Below are positions 7,951 through 17,404 of a DNA stretch of 64,000 nt, piece by piece. The position numbers and the translations under genes are program-made. Numbering within the stretch: the stretch's first letter is position 1; every line of letters begins with the position of its first letter. The DNA lies in contig JAFWYG010000005.1 of NCBI GenBank assembly GCA_017522765.1, positions 449,270-513,269 of the forward strand, written 5' to 3'. The notes beneath the pieces were generated by a model. The model ran no database searches. It worked only from the letters and a program-made list of their open reading frames with translations, and had not been told where the DNA came from. The stretch is from Clostridia bacterium. Lineage in GTDB: Bacteria > Bacillota > Clostridia > TANB77 > UBA1234.

Positions 7951-8152
7951 AATAATCTCCCGAAATTTCATAATTTATTTGGTCTGCTAACCTATTAGCA
8001 CCCAAACACAAAATATATATTAACATCCAAATTTAAAGGAAATCAACACTTTAAAAACTTTAGCTACTTTAATTTCATATTTTCACATTTTGCTTTTTAG
8101 ATGTGATATAATGGATAAAATAACACAAATTTTCAGAGATTTAAGCAATAAC

Positions 8153-8179
8153 AAAAAGCGTTCGTTTTGAACGCTTTTT
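8153..8179. terminator. Bidirectional intrinsic terminator
   Basis: Stem GCGTTC/GAACGC is flanked by AAAAA and TTTTT. Confidence 0.6.
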
Positions 8180-8182
8180 GTT

Positions 8183-8881
8183 TTATTTTGTTATTTCATA
8201 TTTTTTATACATTGTTCTTAATTTTGTAACTGTTAATCCTTCAAATTCTTCTTCGTTAAATGTCATTACCACATATTTTCCTTGTGATGTTGCAGATTTC
8301 ACATTTCCTATATCACTAATACTCTTGGTACCATTGTTGTATTGAGTGGCAACTTTCTTAGCTTCAGCTTCTGTTTGGTAATCAATATATGCTTCTTTTT
8401 TTGTTATTGTTTCACCTTCATAATAATAGACAACAATTTGAGTTGCTCCCATTTTAAAAGCAAGCTTTGTATCATCAGAGGCTAATACTGGATTCACAGT
8501 TTCTCCACTCGTAGGTATCTCCTCTATGTTATTTCCATTATCAGTTTGATTATTGCTTGTATCAGGTTCTTTTTCAGTAGAGTTAACTGGCGGATTTTCA
8601 GGAACTACAACCGGCTCCTTCTCACCAGAAGTATTTGAAATGTCACCAGATAAAGTCACTTCTCCAGAATTTTCTTTCTCTGTAGAAATTAGAGCATCTC
8701 CAGATAAATTTATATCAATACCTCCAGAAGGTTCTGATAAGTTATTATCACCACTATTATCTTGAACAGGTATATTACTATTTAAATTTTCATTTATATC
8801 TTTACTATTTTTAAACCATATTAGAAAACTCATAGCTAAAATAATAATTATTAATACTATTATCAAAGGTTTTTTATTCAT
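8183..8881 (-). CDS. Membrane-anchored exported protein of unknown function with an SG[DE]-rich linker
   Basis: I chose the ATG at 8881 (MNKKPLII...) because it follows GAGGAGG by 6 nt. The protein has a TM, a low-complexity linker and a roughly 100-aa C-terminal domain. It lies immediately downstream of the acyl-CoA ligase gene. Confidence 0.6.
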   Translation of the reverse strand: MNKKPLIIVLIIIILAMSFLIWFKNSKDINENLNSNIPVQDNSGDNNLSEPSGGIDINLSGDALISTEKENSGEVTLSGDISNTSGEKEPVVVPENPPVNSTEKEPDTSNNQTDNGNNIEEIPTSGETVNPVLASDDTKLAFKMGATQIVVYYYEGETITKKEAYIDYQTEAEAKKVATQYNNGTKSISDIGNVKSATSQGKYVVMTFNEEEFEGLTVTKLRTMYKKYEITK

Positions 8882-8915
8882 AATATCCTCCTCTTTTGTT
8901 TGAAACAAACTTATT

Positions 8916-10622
8916 TTAAATTATAGCCTCTAAACTTGCTTGTCTTTTTACTTTGTTGGTTGTTGTTTTTATTAATTCTTTTTCTGAGACAATAATTGAT
9001 TTTATCGATTTGTATGATGGCATAAATTTATTTAACTCTTTTACTTTTTTAAATAATACGTCATGCATTTCTTCTAAAGTTAATACATTATATATCTCTT
9101 TCATTTTTTCTTTATCTACAACTAATATTGCATTAACTTTCAATTCCTCTTTATCTGAATACGTTTCCTTTCCGAAAACTAATGACTCTTTTACACCTTC
9201 AATCTTGTTAATCAAGAATTCAACTTCTTCTGGGAAAACATTTTTTCCGTTTTTCAAAACAATTACATTTTTCTTTCTTCCAGAAATAAAGATATATCCA
9301 TCTTCATCAATTTTTGCTAAATCTCCTGTATGGAACCAATTATCTTTTAAAACTTCATTGGTAGCCTCTTGATCTTCATAATATCCTAACATTACATTTG
9401 GACCTTTTACTGCAAGTTCACCAACGCCATTTTCATCAGGATTTACAATTTTAGCTTCTACATCCGCAATAGCTTTTCCTACAGAGCCTGTTCTATAGAA
9501 TTCATTTGTGCACATACTTATTACTGGTGAAGTCTCTGTCAAACCATAAGCTTGCATCAAATTGAATCCCAAGTCTCTATAACCTTCTTCAATCTTTACA
9601 TCTAACTTTGCAGCACCGCTTATAAACCATCTGATTTTTCCGCCAAACAAATCATGAATTTCTTTAAATAAATTTTTTCTTTCTGGCATTGATAAGTTTT
9701 TTGCTAATTCTTCTTTTTTAATAAACTTTTCTAAGAAGCCTAATTTTTCAGCTTTCTTATGCAATGACAAAAACATTCTTTCATAAATGCTTGGAACACA
9801 CGCCATAATAGTTGGCGCATATTCAACTAGATTTTCAGTTATATGTCTAATACCATCACTAAATGTTATTTGAGCACCGCAATATAAAGCAAATAAAAAT
9901 CCAACTGTGCACTCAAACACATGATGTAATGGTAAAATAGAAAGAAATACATCATCGCTATTTATGTCTGTTGATTTTCCCATAGACATTAGATTTGTAC
10001 AAATGTTTTTATGAGATAAACTTACTACTTTTGACTTTGAAGTGGTTCCAGAAGTAAATAGCATAATGCCCATATCTTCTGAATTAACATTTGCATTTAA
10101 AAATCTAGTATCTCCATTTTTTATTAACTCTCTACCTTCTTTTATTAAATCTTCAAAAAGTAGAAATGATTCTTTTTCCGAAGTTTTTTCCATTGTAATT
10201 ACATATTTCAAATTAGTATTATGTTCTTCGAAAATTCTATAAATTTCATCTTCATGTTTAGTAGTACAAAAAATAGCTTCTATCTCAGAACGATTAATGA
10301 GCTCTAACAATTCATTTTCAGGAAGAGATTTATCTAAAGGCACAACCAAACCAGTACCACAAGCAATAGATAAATACGACATTTCCCACTCGAATCTATT
10401 CTCACCAATTAAACCAATTCTTTTATCTTTAAGGCCTAAGTTTATTAACGCAGTACTCAACGCTTCCACTAATTGTTTTACATCAGTGTATGTATATGTT
10501 TGATATTTGCCTGGTTCAACTTTTACCTTATAAGCTATATTTTGAGCATAAACCGATTCCGCTTTCAGCAATAAGTCTTTCAAATCACTAATTACCAAGC
10601 GTTCTTGTTGCTTTGTATTCAT
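8916..10622 (-). CDS. Long-chain acyl-CoA synthetase (AMP-forming, ANL superfamily)
   Basis: 568 aa with AMP-binding motif LFTSGTTSKSKVV, then GYGLTE-like AYGLTETS, and TGDLAKIDEDGYIFISGRKK. Confidence 0.85.
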   Translation of the reverse strand: MNTKQQERLVISDLKDLLLKAESVYAQNIAYKVKVEPGKYQTYTYTDVKQLVEALSTALINLGLKDKRIGLIGENRFEWEMSYLSIACGTGLVVPLDKSLPENELLELINRSEIEAIFCTTKHEDEIYRIFEEHNTNLKYVITMEKTSEKESFLLFEDLIKEGRELIKNGDTRFLNANVNSEDMGIMLFTSGTTSKSKVVSLSHKNICTNLMSMGKSTDINSDDVFLSILPLHHVFECTVGFLFALYCGAQITFSDGIRHITENLVEYAPTIMACVPSIYERMFLSLHKKAEKLGFLEKFIKKEELAKNLSMPERKNLFKEIHDLFGGKIRWFISGAAKLDVKIEEGYRDLGFNLMQAYGLTETSPVISMCTNEFYRTGSVGKAIADVEAKIVNPDENGVGELAVKGPNVMLGYYEDQEATNEVLKDNWFHTGDLAKIDEDGYIFISGRKKNVIVLKNGKNVFPEEVEFLINKIEGVKESLVFGKETYSDKEELKVNAILVVDKEKMKEIYNVLTLEEMHDVLFKKVKELNKFMPSYKSIKSIIVSEKELIKTTTNKVKRQASLEAII

Positions 10623-10648
10623 TATTTTCTCCTTGTAATTTATCTTTC

Positions 10649-11218
10649 TTATTTTTTGCTAATTCCTCTAACTACAGTATCTATAAAACCTTGATATACT
10701 CTTTGTACATCAACATCTTTATTTCTCTTTAATCTATAAATTAAGCTTGAACAAGTAACGCCAAAGATTCCAGATGCAATTGCTTCAATATCGCCATCAT
10801 AAAATTCGCCATTATCAATTCCCTCTTTAACGATTTCTTCAATAACTTTTATATATTCAAATACCGCATTTTTGCATTTTATATTTCTTGGATCTGAACC
10901 CCAGAATTGTGACAAAATTACATTCGCTAATTCTTCATATTTTACAATGACTTTTATTTGAATTAAGATAACTGCTTTTATTTTTTCAGTAGCCGTTGTC
11001 GCATTTTTTGTCTTTATTTCAATATTGTTTAAAAGAAGTCCTATACCTTCTTTCAATAGCAAGTCAAAAATATCTTCTTTTTTGGAAAAATGATAATATA
11101 AAGAACCTTTTGCAACTCCTGCAGTTGCTGTGATTTCTTCTATACTTGCATTGTCATATCCTTTTTCAGAAAATATTCTAATCGCCGTATTAAATATTCT
11201 TCTTTTTGTTTTATTCAT
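10649..11218 (-). CDS. TetR family regulator (FadR-like position at the head of the acyl-CoA ligase operon)
   Basis: 189 aa with HTH ASIEEITATAGVAKGSLYYHF. Confidence 0.85.
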   Translation of the reverse strand: MNKTKRRIFNTAIRIFSEKGYDNASIEEITATAGVAKGSLYYHFSKKEDIFDLLLKEGIGLLLNNIEIKTKNATTATEKIKAVILIQIKVIVKYEELANVILSQFWGSDPRNIKCKNAVFEYIKVIEEIVKEGIDNGEFYDGDIEAIASGIFGVTCSSLIYRLKRNKDVDVQRVYQGFIDTVVRGISKK

Positions 11219-11241
11219 AAATTCACCTCATTTGGGGTTTC

Positions 11242-11271
11242 GAGAAAGTAACAACTATTAGTTACTTTCTC
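11242..11271. promoter_or_regulatory. Perfect 11-bp inverted repeat, candidate TetR operator
   Basis: GAGAAAGTAAC-N8-GTTACTTTCTC lies about 25 nt upstream of the tetR-family start, overlapping a TAATAT -10-like element on the minus strand. Confidence 0.45.
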
Positions 11272-11325
11272 ACGGATATATTATCCCAGATTATCCGCTT
11301 TACGACAAGGTTTTTAACAAAAAAA

Positions 11326-11347
11326 GTGGTGCCTTTGCAAGCACCAC
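11326..11347 (-). terminator. Intrinsic terminator after nadK
   Basis: Stem GTGGTGC/GCACCAC with a T7 run on the minus strand. Confidence 0.7.
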
Positions 11348-11362
11348 TTTACCATAATTTGT

Positions 11363-12184
11363 TTATTCATATCCCAAAATTTTGTTTCTGAATACTCTTA
11401 CTTTAGAGTAATTTACCAAATCCAATTTATTGATGTGATTTCCTTCGTCCACCATGGAAACTTCCACACTTTCAATTTGAGCAGAATCAAGTTCTTTCTC
11501 TCGGCCATCAATGATAATCTGGATGTTTTCCGAAGGGGCTAACACGATTTTGATTTGAGAACAGATAATCGGATTGTCCACAAATCGTTCGTGGATTGCA
11601 TAAATCATCGGTGTTTCCAGAGTACATACAAGCTGAAAATTTCTGCTAAAATCAATGGCGCCTTTTGCGTTCAAAGAATATGCAGTATCACCAGCACTGC
11701 TAGCAATTGCGATACCATTACCAGAAACCTTCTGCAAGAGATCCCCATTAATGTATTCTTCAAACGAAATCCTAGAATAATTTCGGCCAACCACCATAAT
11801 TTCATTGAGAGATTTATATTCACGAATCTGTCCATCTCTCATCGTTATTTTGATTGCCGAAACATACACCTTACGAGTCGTCAGTTCTTCTTCGTGCTCA
11901 ATATATTTGATAAGCGTAAAAATGTCATTTGCAGACAAATCTTGCATAAATCCGAGCGTACCAGTATGAATGCCTGTATAAATCTTTTCCTTCGAAAATC
12001 CGGTATCTGTGACCGCATGGATAAAGGTACCATCACCGCCAATAGCAATCACCAGATCACCATCATCAGATTCGATAAGCGGATTTGACATATTGGAGTT
12101 TAATTTGCGTATATCATCTGCGATTTGTTGACTTTTAGCGTCAGACCGTACAAAAAGCTGAAAAGATTCAATTTTGTTTTTCAC
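11363..12184 (-). CDS. nadK: NAD kinase
   Basis: 273 aa with a GTG start after AAGGAG. Motifs are GGDGTFIHA, HTGTLGFM and SSAGDTAYSLNAKGA. GC is about 40%, atypical for the window. Confidence 0.8.
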   Translation of the reverse strand: MKNKIESFQLFVRSDAKSQQIADDIRKLNSNMSNPLIESDDGDLVIAIGGDGTFIHAVTDTGFSKEKIYTGIHTGTLGFMQDLSANDIFTLIKYIEHEEELTTRKVYVSAIKITMRDGQIREYKSLNEIMVVGRNYSRISFEEYINGDLLQKVSGNGIAIASSAGDTAYSLNAKGAIDFSRNFQLVCTLETPMIYAIHERFVDNPIICSQIKIVLAPSENIQIIIDGREKELDSAQIESVEVSMVDEGNHINKLDLVNYSKVRVFRNKILGYE

Positions 12185-12394
12185 GATTATACATCTCCTT
12201 ATTGTAATATATTATTTTCTGCAATATGATATCACATTTTATGTAAATTTGCAATGTGCATTCTGTTAAACCGCTTACATGCTTGCTTTTATTTACCTTA
12301 CTACACAAGCATTTTATAAAAACATGAAGTAAATTCTAATGTTTCAGTATTTATGAAACATTAAAATCTCCTTCATGTTTTATTATTAAACAAT

Positions 12395-13690
12395 TTATTC
12401 ACTTCTAATAGCCTCTAACGGCTTAATTTTAGTTGCTTTTCTTGCAGGATATAAACCTGATACAATACCAACAAGCATTGCAAAAACAACAGCGCCTACA
12501 GATAACCATAATGGTATAACCGATATTGTAGAACTTGCAGACATGCCTATCATAGATCCTATTTGAGGAGCATATTTATTTAACAAATATGATACTAAAT
12601 AGCTAAAACCTATACCTACCATTCCTCCACAAAAACCTATTATAGTTGCTTCAAACAAAAATATTTTTCTTATATCGGTAACTAGACACCCCAACACTTT
12701 CATAACGCCAATTTCTTTCGTTCTTTCATAAATTGACATTATCATAGTGTTTGCAATACCAATTGCGGATACTAAAAGTGATACCGCTCCAATACCACCT
12801 AAAATAAGTTGCAACATATTAGACACTTCTTTAACCGCATCCAAATTGTCCGCCATGCTATAAGTGGTATACCCCATATCTTTTATTTGTTGTTGAACAC
12901 TCTCTACATTATCGACATCATCGACGCTTACCCAAACTTCTTGGTACTCTACTTCTGTAACTTTATTATTATTCTTTTTTTGAATCTCTTTATACCACTT
13001 ACTAACTTGATCTATTGAAGCATACGCGTTATATCCAAACTCTCCCGTTGATTCTTGAAAAACTCCCGCAACATTAAGCTTTGTATACTTAGGAGTTTTT
13101 TCTTTATTCCAAGTATCATCAAAAGTAATCTTTATATTGTCATTCATTAAATCTACTTTAGCTTCATTATTCATTCCACCGTAATAATTTTGTTTTGGAT
13201 TATAAAAATTATATGACTCTGAACCAAATAAAATTGCTGTCGGATTACTATTTGATAAATATTCACCCGAAGCTAGTTCTGGAAAATCAAAAAATTCAAT
13301 ACATTCTGGATCTACACCTGTTATATTAAGGTACGATTGATATTTACCAGACTTTAAAGTAGCGCTAACACTTAAGATTGGAGTTACTCCTCTTACATGT
13401 TCTATGTTCTTCAAATTGGTAATTAAATTATCATCTAGTTTTTGTTCTTTCGAAGCCCCCATTCCAGTTTCTTCATCCCATATATAACTGTGCTTTTGAA
13501 TTGTTATTTTTGTAAGACTTCCCCATTGTGCCATCTCTTCTTTATAACCTTCTGTCATTCCGACACCAAGAGAAACCATTATAACAATTGAAAAAGTTCC
13601 GATAACAACTCCCATGATAGTAAGAATAGTTCTAAGTTTTCTTCTCCAAAGATTTTTAAATCCCATTTTTACGAAATCTATTCTTTTCAT
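12395..13690 (-). CDS. ABC transporter permease, FtsX/MacB type
   Basis: 431 aa with an N-terminal TM, a large extracytoplasmic domain and a C-terminal FtsX 3-TM bundle. Confidence 0.85.
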   Translation of the reverse strand: MKRIDFVKMGFKNLWRRKLRTILTIMGVVIGTFSIVIMVSLGVGMTEGYKEEMAQWGSLTKITIQKHSYIWDEETGMGASKEQKLDDNLITNLKNIEHVRGVTPILSVSATLKSGKYQSYLNITGVDPECIEFFDFPELASGEYLSNSNPTAILFGSESYNFYNPKQNYYGGMNNEAKVDLMNDNIKITFDDTWNKEKTPKYTKLNVAGVFQESTGEFGYNAYASIDQVSKWYKEIQKKNNNKVTEVEYQEVWVSVDDVDNVESVQQQIKDMGYTTYSMADNLDAVKEVSNMLQLILGGIGAVSLLVSAIGIANTMIMSIYERTKEIGVMKVLGCLVTDIRKIFLFEATIIGFCGGMVGIGFSYLVSYLLNKYAPQIGSMIGMSASSTISVIPLWLSVGAVVFAMLVGIVSGLYPARKATKIKPLEAIRSE

Positions 13691-13708
13691 ATAAATTTCC
13701 CTCTCAAA

Positions 13709-13942
13709 TTATTTTTTTGCAGCTCTTCTTCCAAATACAATTCCTAAAACTACACCAAGAATCACACAAACACCAATTACTAAACTTAAAACTAACACAT
13801 TGTTTGTTCCAGCTTTAGCAATCATACTATCATCGTAAGGTAACATCTCTGTCCCCATATAATTTTCGTCTACATATCCCATATCGATATATGCCATATC
13901 ATCTGTCATAATTCCAACACTTTGCTCCATAATTACCTCCAC
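13709..13942 (-). CDS. Small single-pass membrane protein with a Met/Asp/Tyr-rich ectodomain
   Basis: 77 aa with a C-terminal TM followed by RRAAKK. It is in an operon, and its start overlaps the stop of the upstream gene by 1 nt. Confidence 0.55.
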   Translation of the reverse strand: MEVIMEQSVGIMTDDMAYIDMGYVDENYMGTEMLPYDDSMIAKAGTNNVLVLSLVIGVCVILGVVLGIVFGRRAAKK

Positions 13943-15678
13943 TAAATTTCATCTTCTAATTTTTTTCTTACGATTTTAACTGTAATTATTTTAGTAATTA
14001 TAAATGTTACTACAAAACTTGCAAATCCAATTCCCGTTATAGCCCAACCACTTAAAGGTTCTTCTGTTGGCATCATAGGCTCCATCATTCCCGGTTCGTA
14101 CATTCCCATATCATCAGGCATAGGATCATTCATTGGCGCCATTGCAAAACCAATAAAGTCTTTCTTTACATCAACCTTTTTACCAGACGAATCTTCAAAT
14201 GTAAGTACTAATACTCCTCTATTTTCACCTTCTCTAGAAGGGATAACTTGTATATCATAATAATCCGAATTTCCAGCTTCTAAATTACCTATATAATTAA
14301 TTGATTGAACAGTTGTATAATCACCTTCAACAGATGCTGTTAAATTAGAAACTTTTGCCTTTCCCATATTTATATAATCAAAAGAAAGATTTGTTTCCGA
14401 ACCTAAAAAAGTTTCATTTGCAAATACACTATTTATAACTAAATTTGAATATTCTACAACAGGAATATTTATCACTTCAACCGCTTGGTGCGAATTTGCA
14501 CTTGAATCCTCATAATCAAATGAAATATCTATAGGATAAGACTTAGAAGTTAAATCTTGTTTTACATTTAATTCAATACTTCTGCTTACTATTTCCCCAG
14601 GCGCCATATGTTCTATATAAAAAGTATTGCTACCATTTGCTATCATAAACGCTCCATCATCCGAACTAATAGTTATTTTCATGTTGCTTATACTTTTTTC
14701 TTTGCTTGTGTTTTTAAAATTAAATGTAAAAGTAAATTTGCTTCCAGCAACAATAGAATTTGGCATAGTTGAATATGATTCGATTATTATCTTTGGTTTT
14801 CCTGCAGCTGACTCCTCTACTTTTTCACTTAAAACATCTAATATGTATATATTTTTTTGTTCTGTTATTTCTTCACTTTGAAGATTATCATATGTTATAT
14901 CTAATCCCAAAACATGATTACCTTTTGTTATATTTTTTGAAGCATTCATTGTAAAGCTTTGAGTTACAGATGTTTTTGCATCTATATCTCCAATGTATAC
15001 TAACTCATTTCCATCTACAGGCATAAACCCATCCGTTCCTAATCCTGTAAGACTTAAATAAGTTCCTTTCATCGGAATATCTCCAATATTATTTATATTA
15101 AATTTTAAAACAAATTTTTCACCAGCAACAACATTTGCAGGTTCAGTAACTATATTATTAATTGTTACTAATGTTTTAACTTTTTCTTTATTAATTCTAA
15201 AATAAGCTATTCTCTCTCTTGAATAACTAACATCTGAATTATTCTTATATTCAACCTTAAATTTAATTCCGTATACACCTAGTTTGGCATCATCTTTTAT
15301 TTTAAAAGAAAACGAAGCAGCTCTTGTTGCATTAGCTTTTAAAGATTTATTCGCTTCATATTCAACAGGAACTTCATATACTAATGGCGTGTCCTCAAAA
15401 TTTGGAGTTATCTTTATGCTACTTGCTGTGTAATCAGAATCATTTTTATAATCGATTGTCAAATTTAAAATTTCACCAGCCGCAACTTCTGGAATTTTTT
15501 CTTGCTTAACAAATATTATGTTTGGTTCTTTTGGCTTAGACGCAGATGATAACCCGTCGCTATAACCTTCGTTATAACCAGCATCAAAACCATCTTCATA
15601 TGAACTATCACCACTTGCATATGTAAAGCTAGAAAAAGCTATGATTAATGCAATACTCAAACTAATTATTTTCTTCAT
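13942..15678 (-). CDS. Exported multi-domain (Ig-like / CARDB-like repeat) protein with a C-terminal TM anchor
   Basis: 578 aa with a signal peptide, repeated beta-rich modules of about 100 aa (GE.f.l.f.i.N.G...), a Met/Pro-rich juxtamembrane segment and a C-terminal TM. It overlaps the ATPase gene by 17 nt. Confidence 0.6.
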   Translation of the reverse strand: MKKIISLSIALIIAFSSFTYASGDSSYEDGFDAGYNEGYSDGLSSASKPKEPNIIFVKQEKIPEVAAGEILNLTIDYKNDSDYTASSIKITPNFEDTPLVYEVPVEYEANKSLKANATRAASFSFKIKDDAKLGVYGIKFKVEYKNNSDVSYSRERIAYFRINKEKVKTLVTINNIVTEPANVVAGEKFVLKFNINNIGDIPMKGTYLSLTGLGTDGFMPVDGNELVYIGDIDAKTSVTQSFTMNASKNITKGNHVLGLDITYDNLQSEEITEQKNIYILDVLSEKVEESAAGKPKIIIESYSTMPNSIVAGSKFTFTFNFKNTSKEKSISNMKITISSDDGAFMIANGSNTFYIEHMAPGEIVSRSIELNVKQDLTSKSYPIDISFDYEDSSANSHQAVEVINIPVVEYSNLVINSVFANETFLGSETNLSFDYINMGKAKVSNLTASVEGDYTTVQSINYIGNLEAGNSDYYDIQVIPSREGENRGVLVLTFEDSSGKKVDVKKDFIGFAMAPMNDPMPDDMGMYEPGMMEPMMPTEEPLSGWAITGIGFASFVVTFIITKIITVKIVRKKLEDEI

Positions 15679-16369
15679 TATTTACTACCTCCACAATTTT
15701 TTCAATTTGACCATCATGTATGTGCACAATCTTATTTGCATAAGCAGCAATACTTTCATCATGAGTAACCATTACTATAGTTTGTTTATGTTCTGTTGCC
15801 ATCTTTTTTATTAATTCCATAATTTCTTTTGAAGTTTTACTATCCAAGTTTCCTGTAGGTTCGTCTGCGAAAACGATTTCAGGATTACTAACAAATGCTC
15901 TAGCAATACCAACTCTTTGCTGTTGTCCACCACTCATCTGATTCGGTCTATGCTTTAGACGTTCTCCTAAACCAACTTGTATAAGCATTTCTTTAGCTTT
16001 ATTATTTCTTGGCTTAACTTTTTCTTCTTTAAAAATTAACGGCAAGGCCACGTTTTCTAAAGCATTCATAGATGTTATCAAATTATATGATTGAAAGACA
16101 AATCCTAGATATTTTTGCCTAAATTTAGCCAGCTGGTGTTCTCCCATTGTAGAAACATTTTTTCCTTTGATAAAAATATCTCCTTTTGTTATTTTCTCAA
16201 TTCCAGCCATTAAATTTAAAAGGGTTGATTTTCCTGATCCCGAACTACCTAATAGGCAACAAAAATCACCTTTATTAATTTTAAAACTAACATCATCAAG
16301 TGCTATAACTTTTTCGTTTCCAACTTTATATATTTTAGTCACATTTTTTACTTCTATAATAGGCTCCAA
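15662..16369 (-). CDS. ABC transporter ATP-binding protein (MacB/LolD-like)
   Basis: 235 aa with Walker A GSSGSGKST, signature LSGGQQQR and Walker B IVFADEPT. Confidence 0.9.
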   Translation of the reverse strand: MEPIIEVKNVTKIYKVGNEKVIALDDVSFKINKGDFCCLLGSSGSGKSTLLNLMAGIEKITKGDIFIKGKNVSTMGEHQLAKFRQKYLGFVFQSYNLITSMNALENVALPLIFKEEKVKPRNNKAKEMLIQVGLGERLKHRPNQMSGGQQQRVGIARAFVSNPEIVFADEPTGNLDSKTSKEIMELIKKMATEHKQTIVMVTHDESIAAYANKIVHIHDGQIEKIVEVVNNEENN

Positions 16370-16639
16370 AAGCTCACCTCTTTACTGCATTTTTAGATAC
16401 ATACTCAAAAATATTATATATGAAACAGCTATGGTTTAAAATAGAAATATAATATCTTTTTATATTTTCATTTCTATATACTAAATTATTAACATTACCT
16501 TTCAGATATTCTATTACTCTTACATGCACTTAAATTTATAATTCAAGCATTTTACAAATGTATCACCAAGGAGACTTGAATGCTCCGCAGATTATTTTTC
16601 TATAAAAAATAACCATACGCTGTACAATTAATTATTTTA

Positions 16640-16770
16640 TGGTGGGCAGAGGTGGATTTACGACCCGCGTCGCTACGAAATAGTCCACTGGACTATTTCT
16701 CGTTCGTCAGCCTTCGCCTTTTGCTTGTCTGACTCACGCTCCTTTTCGAATCTCGCCTCTGATTCCACCA
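16640..16770 (-). other. 131-nt hairpin-closed element ending in a copy of the last 19 nt of tRNA-Tyr
   Basis: 16640-16658 is identical to 16803-16821 (TGGTGGGCAGAGGTGGATT, the 3' end of tRNA-Tyr including CCA). The ends are inverted repeats, TGGTGG-G-CAGAGG (16640-16652) and CCTCTG-ATT-CCACCA (16756-16770). There is an internal perfect 10-bp hairpin at 16677-16699. Confidence 0.5.
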
Positions 16771-16777
16771 ACAAAAA

Positions 16778-16797
16778 AGTCGTGCTTTGCACGACTT
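16778..16797 (-). terminator. Intrinsic terminator after the tRNA pair
   Basis: Stem AGTCGTGC/GCACGACT with a T6 run on the minus strand. Confidence 0.7.
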
Positions 16798-16802
16798 TTA
16801 GT

Positions 16803-16887
16803 TGGTGGGCAGAGGTGGATTCGAACCACCGTACTCGATGAGAACAGATTTACAGTCTGCCGCCTTTAGCCACTCGGCCATCTACCC
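16803..16887 (-). tRNA. tRNA-Tyr (anticodon GUA), long variable arm, CCA encoded
   Basis: The minus strand reads GGGTAGATGGCCGAGTGGCTAAAGGCGGCAGACTGTAAATCTGTTCTCATCGAGTACGGTGGTTCGAATCCACCTCTGCCCACCA. Confidence 0.9.
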
Positions 16888-16907
16888 ATTATTATCTATT
16901 AAATCAT

Positions 16908-16984
16908 TGGTGGATCTTCAGGGACTCGAACCCCGGACCGACCGGTTATGAGCCGGTTGCTCTAACCAACTGAGCTAAAGATCC
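16908..16984 (-). tRNA. tRNA with CAU anticodon (elongator Met, or Ile2 if lysidine-modified)
   Basis: The minus strand reads GGATCTTTAGCTCAGTTGGTTAGAGCAACCGGCTCATAACCGGTCGGTCCGGGGTTCGAGTCCCTGAAGATCCACCA. The anticodon loop CTCATAA and the body resemble tRNA-Ile2(CAU) types. Confidence 0.85.
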
Positions 16985-17175
16985 ATCAGCTGACAAATGA
17001 TAGTATAATAGAGTTTCATTTGCTTGTCAACAAAAAAATGGTCTTTTTTTAATTATTTTTTTCGGTTGGTTAAGTCCGTTTTTGAGTTACATAAAAAGCC
17101 AGCATCAAAGCTTGTAAAAGGCTATTTATCAAGCCTTGATGCCTCGCTTAAATCATCCATAAATTCCACTTTTTA

Positions 17176-17388
17176 CTATTTGTTTATGTATAATTTACAG
17201 CAACATTTGCTTTCTTCCCTCATTTTCTTGCATGGACATATTGTATCATCATTTACTGTGATTACGCAAGGGCAATGTCCATCTTTTTTTTCAATTCCTA
17301 CTAAAATTCTTTTTACATGCTCTTCATCATCATTAAGTTTCATAGCAGGATTTATTTGTAAACCTTTTTCAATTATTTCGTTTGTCAT
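17176..17388 (-). CDS. Ferredoxin:thioredoxin reductase catalytic-subunit-like mini-protein (ferredoxin:disulfide reductase candidate)
   Basis: 70 aa from the ATG at 17388, about 10 nt after AGAGAGGA. The cysteine pattern is CPC-X9-CPC-X8-CCC (GHCPCVITVNDDTICPCKKMREESKCCC). It lies directly downstream of nrdG. Confidence 0.6.
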   Translation of the reverse strand: MTNEIIEKGLQINPAMKLNDDEEHVKRILVGIEKKDGHCPCVITVNDDTICPCKKMREESKCCCKLYINK

Positions 17389-17404
17389 ATTTATCAATCC
17401 TCTC

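Noticed and set aside
8104-8183. Short plus-strand sRNA from a TGaTATAAT element (8104-8112) to the terminator at 8153-8179
   Set aside because: It has only an extended -10 and no convincing -35. The transcript would be about 65 nt with no structure besides the shared bidirectional terminator. The evidence is insufficient.
11555-12088. 177-aa plus-strand ORF
   Set aside because: It is antisense to nadK, which has the GGDGT and TAYSL motifs. It has no RBS and a low-complexity product.
16659-16802. Integrated mobile genetic element at tRNA-Tyr
   Set aside because: The direct repeats enclose only 144 bp with no coding capacity or integrase. I kept it as a finding (relic or MITE-like element) but not as an annotated mobile element.
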